DNA of 49,804 bases from a virus (IMGVR_UViG_2579779034_000011:1-49804), one strand, 5' to 3'. Shown: positions 8,024-17,357, counted from the first letter of the stretch. The notes: generated by a model from the letters alone, not told the origin. A program made the numbers and translations.

Positions 8024-8974
8024 ATGTATAGCCCATATTTGTATGCGAGAAGTACAGAGTTATTATGCCTTAGGGACCTCGTTGCGAAGGGAGTTAGCCT
8101 AAATGGTCTGCTACCAATTTTAGAACCAATTAACGTCAATACGAGAAATTTATTAACATGTTTAAATGTTTGGAATTCTGACATAATTGTTATCCTTAAT
8201 CCTTATCAGGAAGATTTTTCTTCACACAATAACGTCTTAACTTTAAATCAAAATTTATCAAGTGTATTAACAAATAAAAATAATATCATCTCTGGATATC
8301 TTATTCAGCCCAATACAACGATTAATGATATTAATAATTGGTTGAATGCTAACTTAAATAGACGAGTTGCACTTCTATATGATAATCCATCATTATCCAA
8401 CTCTGATATTCAGTTGTTGGCGACAAATCAATTGATTAGTTATCATGTTGTTTTAAATAATAAAATGCTTCCTAATCAGTGCGCTCTTCTTCCTTTGTCG
8501 AAGTTAATTATTATTAGCGATAACTTTAGAAAGTTAGCAAAAAATGCTGATTATAATGGGCCGGAACTTTTCACGCACGCACATCAATTCGTGGGACAAA
8601 ATTACTTAGGATTTGGCGATTATACAATTACTGGCCAGGTACTAGATCTTGGAGGTGGTCAACCTTCTGCTGTTGCCGCACATTTGGTGTTCAAGAATTT
8701 ACAAGCGAATACAGTTTGGATTCGTCATTTTGTATCAAGCAACACGCAACGAGGAAGTTCAAATGTTACTGCAAAATTTTTAGATGTTTCAGATCAAATT
8801 ACAAATCTTGTTCCCCAACATCCAACCCAGTTTGGCAGCAACATTGGTCTTAACTATTATTATTACAATAGTCAACCAACTGTAAGGCATTTCCCTGGGT
8901 TGCCAAAAAACAAACAGTATCAAATTACTCACCATATTTGTTTCATGCTGGATTTAATAGCAGGTCGTATTTAA
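8024..8974 (+). CDS. hypothetical protein, AT-rich cargo gene B
   Basis: 316 aa; 21 bp downstream of gene A, same strand and composition; last 7 codons overlap the integrase 3' end on the opposite strand; no motif recognised. Confidence 0.6.
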   Translation: MYSPYLYARSTELLCLRDLVAKGVSLNGLLPILEPINVNTRNLLTCLNVWNSDIIVILNPYQEDFSSHNNVLTLNQNLSSVLTNKNNIISGYLIQPNTTINDINNWLNANLNRRVALLYDNPSLSNSDIQLLATNQLISYHVVLNNKMLPNQCALLPLSKLIIISDNFRKLAKNADYNGPELFTHAHQFVGQNYLGFGDYTITGQVLDLGGGQPSAVAAHLVFKNLQANTVWIRHFVSSNTQRGSSNVTAKFLDVSDQITNLVPQHPTQFGSNIGLNYYYYNSQPTVRHFPGLPKNKQYQITHHICFMLDLIAGRI

Positions 8975-10129
8975 TAAGCTAGCGTACCATTCCATCATTA
9001 CTTGTCGATCTTTAATATATTGCGCATGATTGTAAGTACCTCGAATAGAGTTCTTATCAACATGCGCAAGCTGCATTTCAATCCAGGCACTTTCAAACCC
9101 ATGCTCATGCAAGATGGTGCTCATGGTATGCCTGAAACCGTGACCCGTTAACCGACCGTGATAACCCAGTAGTTTTATCACTTTGTTGATGCTGGCTTCG
9201 CTCATTGGTTTACTGACGTCATTCCGGCCAGGGAAAACGAGGCTGTAATTCCCTGTTATTTCTTGCAGCTTTTTCAGGATATTGATCGCCTGAGTTGATA
9301 ACGGAACCAGATGGGGGCGGCGTTTCTTCATCCGTTCTTTGGGGATCTCCCATAAGGCATTATCTAAATCAAACTCAGCCCATTCCGCTGCACGTAGTTC
9401 AATTGTTCGCACGCCTGTTAGCATCAACAGCTGCGTGGCGTATTTGGTAACTAAACTGCCCTGATAGTTATCCAGAGCATTAACGAACTCGGGCAACTCG
9501 CTTTCAGTCAGGAACGGGAAGTGTTGGGTTTTAGGTTTGTTGAGTGCGATAGCTAAATCGGGTGCAAAATTATACTTTGCTCTACCAGTGGCAACAGCAT
9601 AACGAAGCACTTCACCACAGCGGCGGCGGATCTTACTGGTTTGCTCTAGCGCACCTCTTTTCTCTATTTTTTGCAGGACGGTTAGCAGTTCTAATGGTTC
9701 AATCTGCTCAATTGGGCGCTGGCCGATAAAAGGAAAAATATCCTTTTCCATACAATTGAGAACCTCTTTTGCATAACCCTCTGACCAGGTGGCTTTTTTC
9801 GATGAGTGCCATTCTCTGGCCACAGACTCAAAGCTGTTCTCATGCGCGAACTGCAAAGCAATCTTATCTGCTTTTCTGGCTTCACTTGGGTTTATCCCGT
9901 TGGCTAACATCGAACGCGCTTCATCACGTTTGGTACGTGCCTGTGCCAACGACACATCGCCATATACGCCAAAGGAAATCATCTTAGGCTTACCTGCAAA
10001 GCGATAGCGAAAACGCCAGCCTTTACTGCCCGCTGTGTCGATCAGGAGTGATAGCCCCATACCATCGTTAAGCGTATAGGGTTTGTCCTTCGGTTTTGCT
10101 CTTTTTATTTGGATGTCAGATAGCAGCAT
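8954..10129 (-). CDS. int: tyrosine integrase, P4-type (start taken at MLLSDIQIK; ORF extends to 10177)
   Basis: N-terminal KPKDKPY arm-binding motif; C-terminal HGFRHT ... LAH ... RGTYNHAQY catalytic region. Confidence 0.9.
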   Translation of the reverse strand: MLLSDIQIKRAKPKDKPYTLNDGMGLSLLIDTAGSKGWRFRYRFAGKPKMISFGVYGDVSLAQARTKRDEARSMLANGINPSEARKADKIALQFAHENSFESVAREWHSSKKATWSEGYAKEVLNCMEKDIFPFIGQRPIEQIEPLELLTVLQKIEKRGALEQTSKIRRRCGEVLRYAVATGRAKYNFAPDLAIALNKPKTQHFPFLTESELPEFVNALDNYQGSLVTKYATQLLMLTGVRTIELRAAEWAEFDLDNALWEIPKERMKKRRPHLVPLSTQAINILKKLQEITGNYSLVFPGRNDVSKPMSEASINKVIKLLGYHGRLTGHGFRHTMSTILHEHGFESAWIEMQLAHVDKNSIRGTYNHAQYIKDRQVMMEWYASLLNTTCY

Positions 10130-10377
10130 GTGTATAGAAAAAAGATCGAACTCAGTTATACACAATGTTATACGCAAAGATGTATAGATTCCATTAGAAA
10201 TAATGGTACTTTGCTGGACGAGTATAAGGAGATGATATCAGTTAAAACAGTGAGTTATGGAATTAATTGAACTTAGTGAGAAGTGTTCATGGTGTCCCCT
10301 GCAGACATCTACTTCAAGCGGCAGGGGATTGATTGGAATGGTGTTTTTTAGATGTGAAAAATATTTTACCCGCTATT

Positions 10378-10593
10378 TTACCCATTGGCGCGGCTTAAGA
10401 GCTTATTTTTGAATTCACAATGGTCACGATATAACCATCTTGCTCGTCCGTGGATAACTTTGGCTTTAGGCAGGTCGCCGGACTTAATCCGGTCATAGAT
10501 GAAGGTCTTACCGAAGCCAGTATCAGCCATGATGAATTTCAAATCAACCAGTGAATCAGGTTGTAGTTCGTGTTGCATGAGTGCTATCTCCAA
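10378..10593 (-). CDS. xis: AlpA/Xis-type excisionase-like DNA-binding protein
   Basis: 71 aa; resembles AlpA-type excisionases as I recall them; about 250 bp upstream of int on the same strand. Confidence 0.6.
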   Translation of the reverse strand: MEIALMQHELQPDSLVDLKFIMADTGFGKTFIYDRIKSGDLPKAKVIHGRARWLYRDHCEFKNKLLSRANG

Positions 10594-10623
10594 ATAGGGA
10601 ATCGAACCTGCAAATCAGGCAAT

Positions 10624-10645
10624 AAAAAACCGCCATCAGGCGGCT
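10624..10645 (-). terminator. rho-independent terminator
   Basis: minus-strand GCCGCC-TGAT-GGCGG hairpin followed by TTTTTT, overlapping the stop of the 55-aa ORF. Confidence 0.6.
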
Positions 10646-10803
10646 TGGTGTTCTTTCAGTTCTTCAATTCGAATATTGGTTACGTCTGCATGTGCCATCT
10701 GCGCCCACAGCATCCAGTGGTCATAGCAGTCGTTGATGTTCTCTGCTTCGATAACTCTGTTGAATGGTTCTCCATTCCATTCACCTGTTACTCGGAAGTG
10801 CAT
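10636..10803 (-). CDS. hypothetical small protein (55 aa)
   Basis: ORF found by manual translation (below the 60-aa track cutoff); followed by an intrinsic terminator. Confidence 0.4.
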   Translation of the reverse strand: MHFRVTGEWNGEPFNRVIEAENINDCYDHWMLWAQMAHADVTNIRIEELKEHQAA

Positions 10804-10860
10804 TTATCATCTCCATAAAACAAAACTCGCCGTAGCGAGTTCAGATAAAAGAAATCCGCA

Positions 10861-11034
10861 TTAAGCGGCGTCGGTGAATTCAAATAAAAAACCGGCTTGC
10901 GCCGGCTCTCTCATCTTTCTGTCTACCCATGCTGATATCGATGGCATTGGCTTTACGCGTTGGCGAATAATCATTTCTGCCGGAAGAATGCCGGGATTGT
11001 ATGCAAGTCCTCTCATGGTAAATTCCTCAGTCAT
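10861..11034 (-). CDS. hypothetical protein (start taken at internal Met)
   Basis: start overlaps the upstream gene's stop in the early-left operon. Confidence 0.35.
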   Translation of the reverse strand: MTEEFTMRGLAYNPGILPAEMIIRQRVKPMPSISAWVDRKMREPAQAGFLFEFTDAA

Positions 11035-11320
11035 TACTGATAGCGCCATAACGTGAGCGGTAATTACGCAGGCGCGGGTCAATTTCAGGGAAGTGGGTAT
11101 ATGTGGCTTTGCGGAATGGTCGGATTGATGTCTGGTAAATTCGCTCGCGCTCTTCTTTCTCTGCAAGCCATATACAATGGCGAAATTCCTTTTCCTCTTT
11201 CGTTTCCTGCGGTAGCGACATTATCCGATCGTAGTTTTTTCTGAATTTATCCAGCACCTCCGATACGGAATTGCCGGAACAGCGGCGCGGGTCATCCGCA
11301 CCATACAGAGGCGCTGGCAT
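11027..11320 (-). CDS. hypothetical early-left protein
   Basis: 97-aa ORF directly downstream of ssb on the same strand. Confidence 0.5.
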   Translation of the reverse strand: MPAPLYGADDPRRCSGNSVSEVLDKFRKNYDRIMSLPQETKEEKEFRHCIWLAEKEERERIYQTSIRPFRKATYTHFPEIDPRLRNYRSRYGAISND

Positions 11321-11333
11321 GATTTTCTCCTGA

Positions 11334-11840
11334 TTAAATTGCGTGAATAGCGTGACGAGGGAAGGGGAGAGTTACTGGTGCAAAGGGTATATCGTCGTCA
11401 AAATCCATCGGAGGTTCGTTGTGTTGTGCTGGTGATGATTGCTGCTGTGGCTTCTGTGATTGCCTTCTGGATGCTTGTTGTTTGCTGTCGCCAATGCCGC
11501 CAAGCATTTGCATCACACCATTAATTCCGACATGAACCTCGGTTGTGTAACGGTCTTGCCCTGACTGGTCTTTCCACTTTCTGGTTCTCAGCATTCCCTC
11601 GAAATAAATCTGATCACCTTTTTTCACATACTGCCCCACGACCTCAGCCAGTTTCCCGGATACAGCAACACGATGCCATTCAGTCAATTCCTTTTGCTCG
11701 CCAGTATTTTTATCTCGCCATTGTTCTGACGTGGCTATTGTCAGGTTAGCGAACGCTGTTCCTGATGGTGAGTATCGAACTTCCGGGTCTTGTCCTACCC
11801 GACCAAGGATAATCACCTTATTTACGCCTCTGCTTGCCAT
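11334..11840 (-). CDS. ssb: single-stranded DNA-binding protein
   Basis: OB-fold SSB N-terminus ([23 protein letters not shown]), Gly/Gln-rich linker, acidic C-terminal DDDIPF tail. Confidence 0.9.
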   Translation of the reverse strand: MASRGVNKVIILGRVGQDPEVRYSPSGTAFANLTIATSEQWRDKNTGEQKELTEWHRVAVSGKLAEVVGQYVKKGDQIYFEGMLRTRKWKDQSGQDRYTTEVHVGINGVMQMLGGIGDSKQQASRRQSQKPQQQSSPAQHNEPPMDFDDDIPFAPVTLPFPRHAIHAI

Positions 11841-12548
11841 TTATGCCGCCTGTTTTAGTTCGTTAACTCTGATGTTCATTACCTGAACGCATTTAGCCTG
11901 CGCCTCCTCGTTGCCAGCCATTAATTGCCAGTCACGCTGATAACGCTCGATGAGTTTTTTCTTGTCAGTTTCTGTTGACGCATAATCGCTGAAGTCTTTC
12001 AGGATTTGTTCGCAGTCAACCAATGGAGATTTCTGGTTGGTATTTTCTGGTGATGGTTTGTTATCTGATGCTGGGATTGCCCAGCCCGGCAGCGATGGAG
12101 GGAGCCAGTAAAATCCTGTTCCATCCTTCAGTTTTGCCCTGTGCCACCCCTGCTTTTTATCGGGAGATGTTTGTGCGAAACCTTCCTCAAGGTTATACAG
12201 ATACCGACCGATTCCCCACTGAACGGCAGCGCGCTTCATTGCACCGGAACGACCACCTTTGACGGCTTCTACCTGCGTGTTTTCAGCAGCATCCCATTTG
12301 GTTACCCATTCGGAATCAATCTTTATTGATATGCCGCATTCAACGCCGCCGTTGTTGGGAATATCGCGGTATTCATTGCGCCATCCTGCTTTGCCGCAAA
12401 CATCGTCCAGGCGTTTCATGATTGCCCGGTTCGTGACATAAGCCAGCACCATAGCCCACACCTTGCCATCGCGTGTTTTACCGCTTTGCTGTATTCGCCA
12501 TTCGATATCTTCAGGGCTGAATGGCTCATCGAATTTATTCAAATCCAT
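11841..12548 (-). CDS. Rad52-like single-strand annealing recombinase
   Basis: 235 aa; AVQWGIGRYLY motif; abuts ssb. Confidence 0.7.
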   Translation of the reverse strand: MDLNKFDEPFSPEDIEWRIQQSGKTRDGKVWAMVLAYVTNRAIMKRLDDVCGKAGWRNEYRDIPNNGGVECGISIKIDSEWVTKWDAAENTQVEAVKGGRSGAMKRAAVQWGIGRYLYNLEEGFAQTSPDKKQGWHRAKLKDGTGFYWLPPSLPGWAIPASDNKPSPENTNQKSPLVDCEQILKDFSDYASTETDKKKLIERYQRDWQLMAGNEEAQAKCVQVMNIRVNELKQAA

Positions 12549-12635
12549 AATTCACCTCAGAATGGACACGGCCCAAGGAAATAACGCTGATTTAATACTT
12601 CAGTCTTTGCCGCATTTAAAAATACGCGAACACCT

Positions 12636-12809
12636 TCACGATCTCCCTTCTGGCGATACATTAACGCCTGCTGCGTGTACATGCGTCTCTGTAACTTGCT
12701 CTCCTTCACTGTGGTTGCAAGTGACATGAATATCTCCTTCGTTACCGATTAATTCTTTCATCTGACGAATGAATTCTTCGTCTGACCAGTTATCTGGAAA
12801 ACTCATTTT
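12636..12809 (-). CDS. hypothetical protein
   Basis: 57 aa; ATGA start/stop overlap with the kil-like gene. Confidence 0.4.
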   Translation of the reverse strand, partial: KMSFPDNWSDEEFIRQMKELIGNEGDIHVTCNHSEGEQVTETHVHAAGVNVSPEGRS

Positions 12810-12955
12810 CTGCGATACCACGGAAGGTTGATAGCTGATTTCATCGCTTTATTTGCTTCAAGCCACATTTTTGAATCACCAATAAATCTGGCTATTACTG
12901 CTTTGTTCTGTGCAGCACGAAGCATCTGGTGATTAATGGCTATTTCATTGCGCAT
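12806..12955 (-). CDS. kil: Kil-like host-killing protein
   Basis: 49 aa found by manual translation; IARFIGDSKMWLEA resembles lambda Kil; lies downstream of the cIII-like gene as in lambda. Confidence 0.5.
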
Positions 12956-13074
12956 AACGCCTCCAGTTGTTTCTTTGCTGCTCTGATTAATTGTTTAACT
13001 CGGCGTGATAATTCAGATTCGTGCGGGTAGAAAGCGGACATGACGCCGCTACCCGCGAGCTGAAAGTGCATCAT
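12940..13074 (-). CDS. cIII: CIII-like protease inhibitor
   Basis: MMHFQLAGSGVMSAFYPHESELSRRVKQL resembles lambda CIII (AIAGWPV ... PSESLLERITRKL). Confidence 0.55.
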   Translation of the reverse strand: MMHFQLAGSGVMSAFYPHESELSRRVKQLIRAAKKQLEALCAMK

Positions 13075-13149
13075 GGGTAACTCCTTATATTTGATTGCAT
13101 AACGAAAACGCCTCAAGTGAAGCGTTATTGGTATGCGGTAAAGCCGCAC

Positions 13150-13518
13150 TCAGGCGGCCTTGATAGTCATATCATCTGAATCAAATATTCCTGATGTATC
13201 GATATCGGTAATTCTTATTCCTTCGCTACCATCCATTGGAGGCCATCCTTCCTGACCATTTCCATCATTCCAGTCGAACTCACACACAACACCATATGCA
13301 TTTAAGTCGCTTGAAATTGCTATAAGCAGAGCATGTTGCGCCAGCATGATTAATACAGCATTTAATACAGAGCCGTGTTTATTGAGTCGGTATTCAGAGT
13401 CTGACCAGAAATTATTAATCTGGTGAAGTTTTTCCTCTGTCATTACGTCATGGTCGATTTCAATTTCTATTGATGCTTTCCAGTCGTAATCAATGATGTA
13501 TTTTTTGATGTTTGACAT
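13150..13518 (-). CDS. hypothetical early-left accessory protein (acidic C-terminus)
   Basis: 122-aa ORF between the N and cIII genes. Confidence 0.55.
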   Translation of the reverse strand: MSNIKKYIIDYDWKASIEIEIDHDVMTEEKLHQINNFWSDSEYRLNKHGSVLNAVLIMLAQHALLIAISSDLNAYGVVCEFDWNDGNGQEGWPPMDGSEGIRITDIDTSGIFDSDDMTIKAA

Positions 13519-13659
13519 CTGTTCATATCCTCACAGATAAAAAATCGCCCTCACATTGGAGGGCAAAGAAGATTTCCAATAATCAGAACAAGTCGGCTCC
13601 TGTTTAGTTACGAGCGACATTGCTCCGTGTATTCACTCGTTGGAATGAATACACAGTGC

Positions 13660-13848
13660 TTATTCGTCATGCATTTCAGGTAATTCTTCGTATTCGACTC
13701 CCCATACGAGTTTACACCAAGTGACTCGCTCATATCTTTTACAAAAATCAGACCACATAACTTGTGTTCCATCATGGTTTGTTATTACTTCTGTAATATC
13801 ACCAACACTAACAAAACTGGTATTAGAAGCAGTTATTTTTACTTTCAT
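13660..13848 (-). CDS. hypothetical protein
   Basis: 62-aa ORF in the early-left operon. Confidence 0.4.
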   Translation of the reverse strand: MKVKITASNTSFVSVGDITEVITNHDGTQVMWSDFCKRYERVTWCKLVWGVEYEELPEMHDE

Positions 13849-14144
13849 TACTTATCCCCAAGAGCTTTTCTGATTGCTGCGAGACCTTTATTAACAGCTC
13901 CATACCATTCTGGATATGTTGTCGTTGTTCTATTTTTGGTTTGCTTAAGTAATAACTGAAGTGCTTCGAGAAGGTCAGGCGCTGCCGCTATTAGATTGGC
14001 ATCTTCAATGCATTGAACTTCCTCACAGATTGCAATATACGAACGCCAGCCTGCGCCATTTTCAAGTGAGTCTGCCTGGATGATTTTAATCTCATCGCCA
14101 TCCATCATTATTTCCCACTTACCTTCAGTACCTTTAAATTCCAT
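13848..14144 (-). CDS. hypothetical protein
   Basis: 98-aa ORF; stop and start abut neighbouring genes. Confidence 0.5.
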   Translation of the reverse strand: MEFKGTEGKWEIMMDGDEIKIIQADSLENGAGWRSYIAICEEVQCIEDANLIAAAPDLLEALQLLLKQTKNRTTTTYPEWYGAVNKGLAAIRKALGDK

Positions 14145-14181
14145 GTTAGCCTCTGTTGTTTATGCCAAAAATAAAGGCCGA

Positions 14182-14505
14182 CTATTCGGCCTTATCTACA
14201 TTCCTGAACCAAACGCAGATCGGACCGTCTTCTGTATCGTGAATCGAACCGACAAACCATCCTTCTCCATCTGGCATGCTTGGCTCCCATCCACTGATGT
14301 TTTGATTCCCATCTTCAAAATACGCGTCAATTACCGTTTGATTGTTGTCGTTTTCCATTTCAACAATTGATGATTCAATGCCATGCTGCTTGCAGAAAGA
14401 TCTGAACTCATCAACTGAAATTACCTCTCTATCCCCAAACAGGTTGGCGTATTCTGGGTGCGTCCAGTAGCCATCCTCGCTTCGCTCTACTACTAATGCT
14501 TCCAT
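14182..14505 (-). CDS. hypothetical acidic protein
   Basis: 107-aa ORF in the early-left operon. Confidence 0.5.
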   Translation of the reverse strand: MEALVVERSEDGYWTHPEYANLFGDREVISVDEFRSFCKQHGIESSIVEMENDNNQTVIDAYFEDGNQNISGWEPSMPDGEGWFVGSIHDTEDGPICVWFRNVDKAE

Positions 14506-14560
14506 ATCTCACCTCAAATAAGTGGTTTGCTGCGAAAAAGTAAAACAAGGATACTCACTT

Positions 14561-14830
14561 CTATTTGTCATCGTGTAAGCGACGCAGGTTATTAACTCGC
14601 GGCCAGTAATATTTTGGCTTGGCACGAGATCCGGGTCTTGGGCCTACACAAACTATATAGCTCTCTTCTTTCCTCGGAAGGCCAGGTGCATCTAGCAGAC
14701 GGCCTAGTTCGAATTTTTTTACGTTGACACCAGGAGGAATCACCTCGACGATAAACCCGATTTTTACCTTCGTTACACCGTTTGATGAGCTTGACCATTT
14801 AACTTCATCGTTCAATTTGAATTTCATCAT
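14561..14830 (-). CDS. hypothetical protein (start taken at MMKFKL)
   Basis: ORF directly downstream of N. Confidence 0.45.
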   Translation of the reverse strand: MMKFKLNDEVKWSSSSNGVTKVKIGFIVEVIPPGVNVKKFELGRLLDAPGLPRKEESYIVCVGPRPGSRAKPKYYWPRVNNLRRLHDDK

Positions 14831-14835
14831 TAACC

Positions 14836-15168
14836 TCAATCGTAATAAGCCGGAATTGATTTTCCGCGTTGCTTCTGGCGGCCTGAGCATGTCACTCCCA
14901 TTTCACTGCGTGGCTTGCTGTACCATGTGCGCTGATTCTTGCGCTCAATACGTTGCAGGTTGCTTTCAATCTGTTCGTGGTATTCAGCCAGCACTGTAAG
15001 GTCTATCGGATTCAGTGCGCTTTCTACTCGTGATTTCGGTTTGCGATTCAGCGAGAGAATAGGGCGGTTAACTGGCTTTGCGCTTACCCCAACCAACAGG
15101 GGATTTGCTGCTTTCCATTGAGCCTGTTTCTCTGCGCGACGTTCGCGGCGGCGTGTTTGTGCATCCAT
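14836..15168 (-). CDS. N: antitermination protein N
   Basis: MDAQTRRRERRAEKQAQWKAANPLLVGVSAKPVNRP ... matches lambda N as I recall it. Confidence 0.9.
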   Translation of the reverse strand: MDAQTRRRERRAEKQAQWKAANPLLVGVSAKPVNRPILSLNRKPKSRVESALNPIDLTVLAEYHEQIESNLQRIERKNQRTWYSKPRSEMGVTCSGRQKQRGKSIPAYYD

Positions 15169-15436
15169 CTGGATTCTCCTGTCAGTTAGCTTTGGTGGTG
15201 TGGTGGCTGGTAGTCTAGCTCCAGCTTGTTGAGTCTCATTCGGAGGGGTATAACCGGCACCCCAGCGATTTTTCCATGCGACAACGTGCGCGTTATGGCG
15301 GCCTTATCGCCCGCGGCTCCCCATCTCGTCCACGCTATTGCTAGCGTTGGGAGCGCTTCACCGCTCAACAGTAGGTAAGCACTTGCCAGTGACTAGCTGG
15401 CTTCACCACACCCCAAAGCCTTCTGCTTTGAATGCT

Positions 15437-15468
15437 GCCCTTCTTCAGGGCTTAATTTTTAAGAGCGT
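15437..15468 (-). promoter_or_regulatory. nutL (boxA CGCTCTTA + boxB GCCCTGAAGAAGGGC)
   Basis: canonical boxA and boxB hairpin read on the minus strand upstream of N. Confidence 0.8.
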
Positions 15469-15469
15469 C

Positions 15470-15600
15470 ACCTTCATGGTGGTCAGTGCGTCCTGCTGAT
15501 GGCTAAATAGTACGATTTGTACTTTATCGAGTCAATACAAAATGTTCTAAATATAATTAGTTTTTTATAACGCTTTGTATTTAATGGGTTTATATTTTGG
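15470..15600 (-). promoter_or_regulatory. pL/oL region (operators not resolved)
   Basis: position between the cI terminator and nutL; near-palindrome AGTACGATTTGTACT. Confidence 0.4.
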
Positions 15601-15609
15601 AAAAAGAAA

Positions 15610-15635
15610 ACCCGACGCTAAGGTCGGGTTATTGT
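15610..15635 (-). terminator. terminator-like hairpin downstream of cI
   Basis: inverted repeat CCCGAC/GTCGGG with a T run on the minus strand. Confidence 0.5.
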
Positions 15636-15660
15636 TGTGTGTTTTAGAGTGGTGAGGCTG

Positions 15661-16320
15661 TTAACTAAATGTCTCTTCAGGCCACTGGCTGGCGATAACT
15701 TTCCCTACTACGGAACAGCTATCATTGCATGGAATCATTGGATATTGCGGGTTTAGTGGCTGTAGGAACACCTGACCGCTATCCCTGATCAGTTTCTTGA
15801 AGGTAAACTCGTCACCACCAAGTCTGGCTATGCAGAAATCACCTGGCTCAACAGCCTGCTCAGGGTCAACGAGAATTAACATCCCGTCAGGAAAGCTTGG
15901 CTTGGATCCTGTTGGCGCGGTCATGGAATTACCTTCAACTTCAAGCCAAAACGCACAATCACTGGCTTTTTTGGTTGTGCTGACCCATCTCTCCGCATCA
16001 CCTTTGGTAAAGGTTCTAAGCTCAGGCGAGAACATCCCGGCCTGAACATGAGAAAAAACAGGGTACTCATATTGTTTTTTAACGGGGGCAGATGAGTATT
16101 CGCCAACAGGTGAAAATGTACCGTCGTGGTTGAATGAGACATTATCAATACCAAGGTATTTAAACACCACACCAATCTCGTCAAGAGATGGATGACGAGA
16201 TCCGCGCAACCAGTGACCAATTCCACCCTGCGTCATACCAAGCTCTTCAGCTAACTTCTCTTGAGTTATGCCGAGCTCTTTCATTCTGGATCTAGCCAGT
16301 TCATACCATTTCATTTTCAT
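15661..16320 (-). CDS. cI: CI repressor (HTH plus S24 LexA-like autopeptidase domain)
   Basis: C-terminal about 130 aa near-identical to lambda cI ([21 protein letters not shown] ... EGNSM ... [13 protein letters not shown]); N-terminal DNA-binding domain differs; start chosen at MKMKWYE to leave about 110 bp of operator. Confidence 0.9.
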   Translation of the reverse strand: MKMKWYELARSRMKELGITQEKLAEELGMTQGGIGHWLRGSRHPSLDEIGVVFKYLGIDNVSFNHDGTFSPVGEYSSAPVKKQYEYPVFSHVQAGMFSPELRTFTKGDAERWVSTTKKASDCAFWLEVEGNSMTAPTGSKPSFPDGMLILVDPEQAVEPGDFCIARLGGDEFTFKKLIRDSGQVFLQPLNPQYPMIPCNDSCSVVGKVIASQWPEETFS

Positions 16321-16431
16321 ACCCTTATTATTACGCTCTGTACTAAAACCATCCATGCACAAGATGTATTTTTTGTTTGCATTCTAAAAGTACATATCGT
16401 ATTATTGTTTCATGGTTACTATGGAGGGCAT
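16321..16431. promoter_or_regulatory. divergent PRM/PR operator region
   Basis: intergenic between divergent cI and cro; contains AGTAC/GTACT half-site-like repeats. Confidence 0.5.
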
Positions 16432-16647
16432 ATGAGCAACCTACGAAAATATCGAGAGTCACTGAATATCTCTCAAACAACACTTGCTAAGGCAGTTGGA
16501 TGCACACAGGGAGCTATCGGACATTGGGAATCTGGTCGTCGCTTCCCAGACCTTAAAACATGCCGCGCTCTTGTTGCATGCCTAAACAAGTTAGGCGCAA
16601 AAGTCAGTCTTGATGACGTGTTCCCTCCGGAACACAAAGCCGCTTAA
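16432..16647 (+). CDS. cro: Cro-like repressor (HTH)
   Basis: 71 aa; helix-turn-helix ISQTTLAKAVGCTQGAIGHWESG; divergent from cI. Confidence 0.8.
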   Translation: MSNLRKYRESLNISQTTLAKAVGCTQGAIGHWESGRRFPDLKTCRALVACLNKLGAKVSLDDVFPPEHKAA

Positions 16648-16655
16648 GACATTCC

Positions 16656-16687
16656 CGCTCTTACACATTCCAGCCCTGAAAAAGGGC
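16656..16687 (+). promoter_or_regulatory. nutR (boxA CGCTCTTA + boxB GCCCTGAAAAAGGGC)
   Basis: canonical boxA/boxB immediately after cro. Confidence 0.8.
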
Positions 16688-16766
16688 ATCAAATTAAACC
16701 ACACCTATGGTGTATGCATTTATTTGCATACCTTCAATCAATTGTTATCTAAGGAAATACTGACAT

Positions 16767-17060
16767 ATGGTTCGTGCAAACAAACGCAACGAGGCTCTAA
16801 GAATCGAGAGTGCGTTGCTTAACAAAATCGCAATGCTTGGAACTGAGAAGACAGCGGAAGCTGTGGGAGTTGATAAGTCGCAGATCAGCAGGTGGAAGAG
16901 GGACTGGATTCCAAAGTTATCAATGCTGCTTGCTGTTCTTGAATGGGGCGTCGTTGACGACGACATGGCTCGATTGGCACGACAAGTTGCTTCGATTCTC
17001 ACCAATAAAAAACGCCCGGCGGCAACCGAGCGTTCTGATCAAACACAAATGGAATTTTAA
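16767..17060 (+). CDS. cII: CII transcriptional activator
   Basis: MVRANKRNEALRIESALLNKIAMLGTEKTAEAVGVDKSQISRWKRDWIPK ... near-identical to lambda CII. Confidence 0.95.
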   Translation: MVRANKRNEALRIESALLNKIAMLGTEKTAEAVGVDKSQISRWKRDWIPKLSMLLAVLEWGVVDDDMARLARQVASILTNKKRPAATERSDQTQMEF

Positions 17061-17082
17061 CAACATCCAACGAGGTAATTAT

Positions 17083-17355
17083 ATGCGAAACAAAGGCTTT
17101 AATCCACCTGATACACACAAAGAAGTTAAGCGTTTGCGCTTCCTTCGTTCCATTGATGAAAGAACTCAAATCTCTTTTGTGAAAGTTGCCAGAACTGAGC
17201 TTCTGAAGGCTGAGGCAAGGGCGTTGCTCCCGTCTCTACCAAAAGAGGAGGGATATACGTTCATTCCAAACGCATTTCTGGAAAAGCTGCTCAAAGAAGA
17301 CATATCCGTAAGTCAGTTTAACGATGTTCTTAAGGTCTTTCGTCAAGGCAGGTAG
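17083..17355 (+). CDS. hypothetical protein between cII and the replication genes
   Basis: 90 aa; GAGG RBS 8 nt upstream; lambda has no gene at this position. Confidence 0.5.
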   Translation: MRNKGFNPPDTHKEVKRLRFLRSIDERTQISFVKVARTELLKAEARALLPSLPKEEGYTFIPNAFLEKLLKEDISVSQFNDVLKVFRQGR

Positions 17356-17357
17356 TT

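Noticed and set aside
8930-9000. Search for a tRNA or tmRNA 3' fragment marking attL at the int 3' end
   Set aside because: No tRNA-like T arm or CCA-terminal acceptor fragment was found near either integrase 3' end, so no att core is annotated.
15186-15368. 60-aa minus-strand ORF between N and nutL
   Set aside because: It lies in the N leader region, which is conserved with the lambda pL-nutL-N leader; it is more likely untranslated.
16261-16647. 128-aa ORF extending the cro gene upstream
   Set aside because: The extension runs through the cI start and the operator region; the cro-like HTH protein begins at the Met at 16432.
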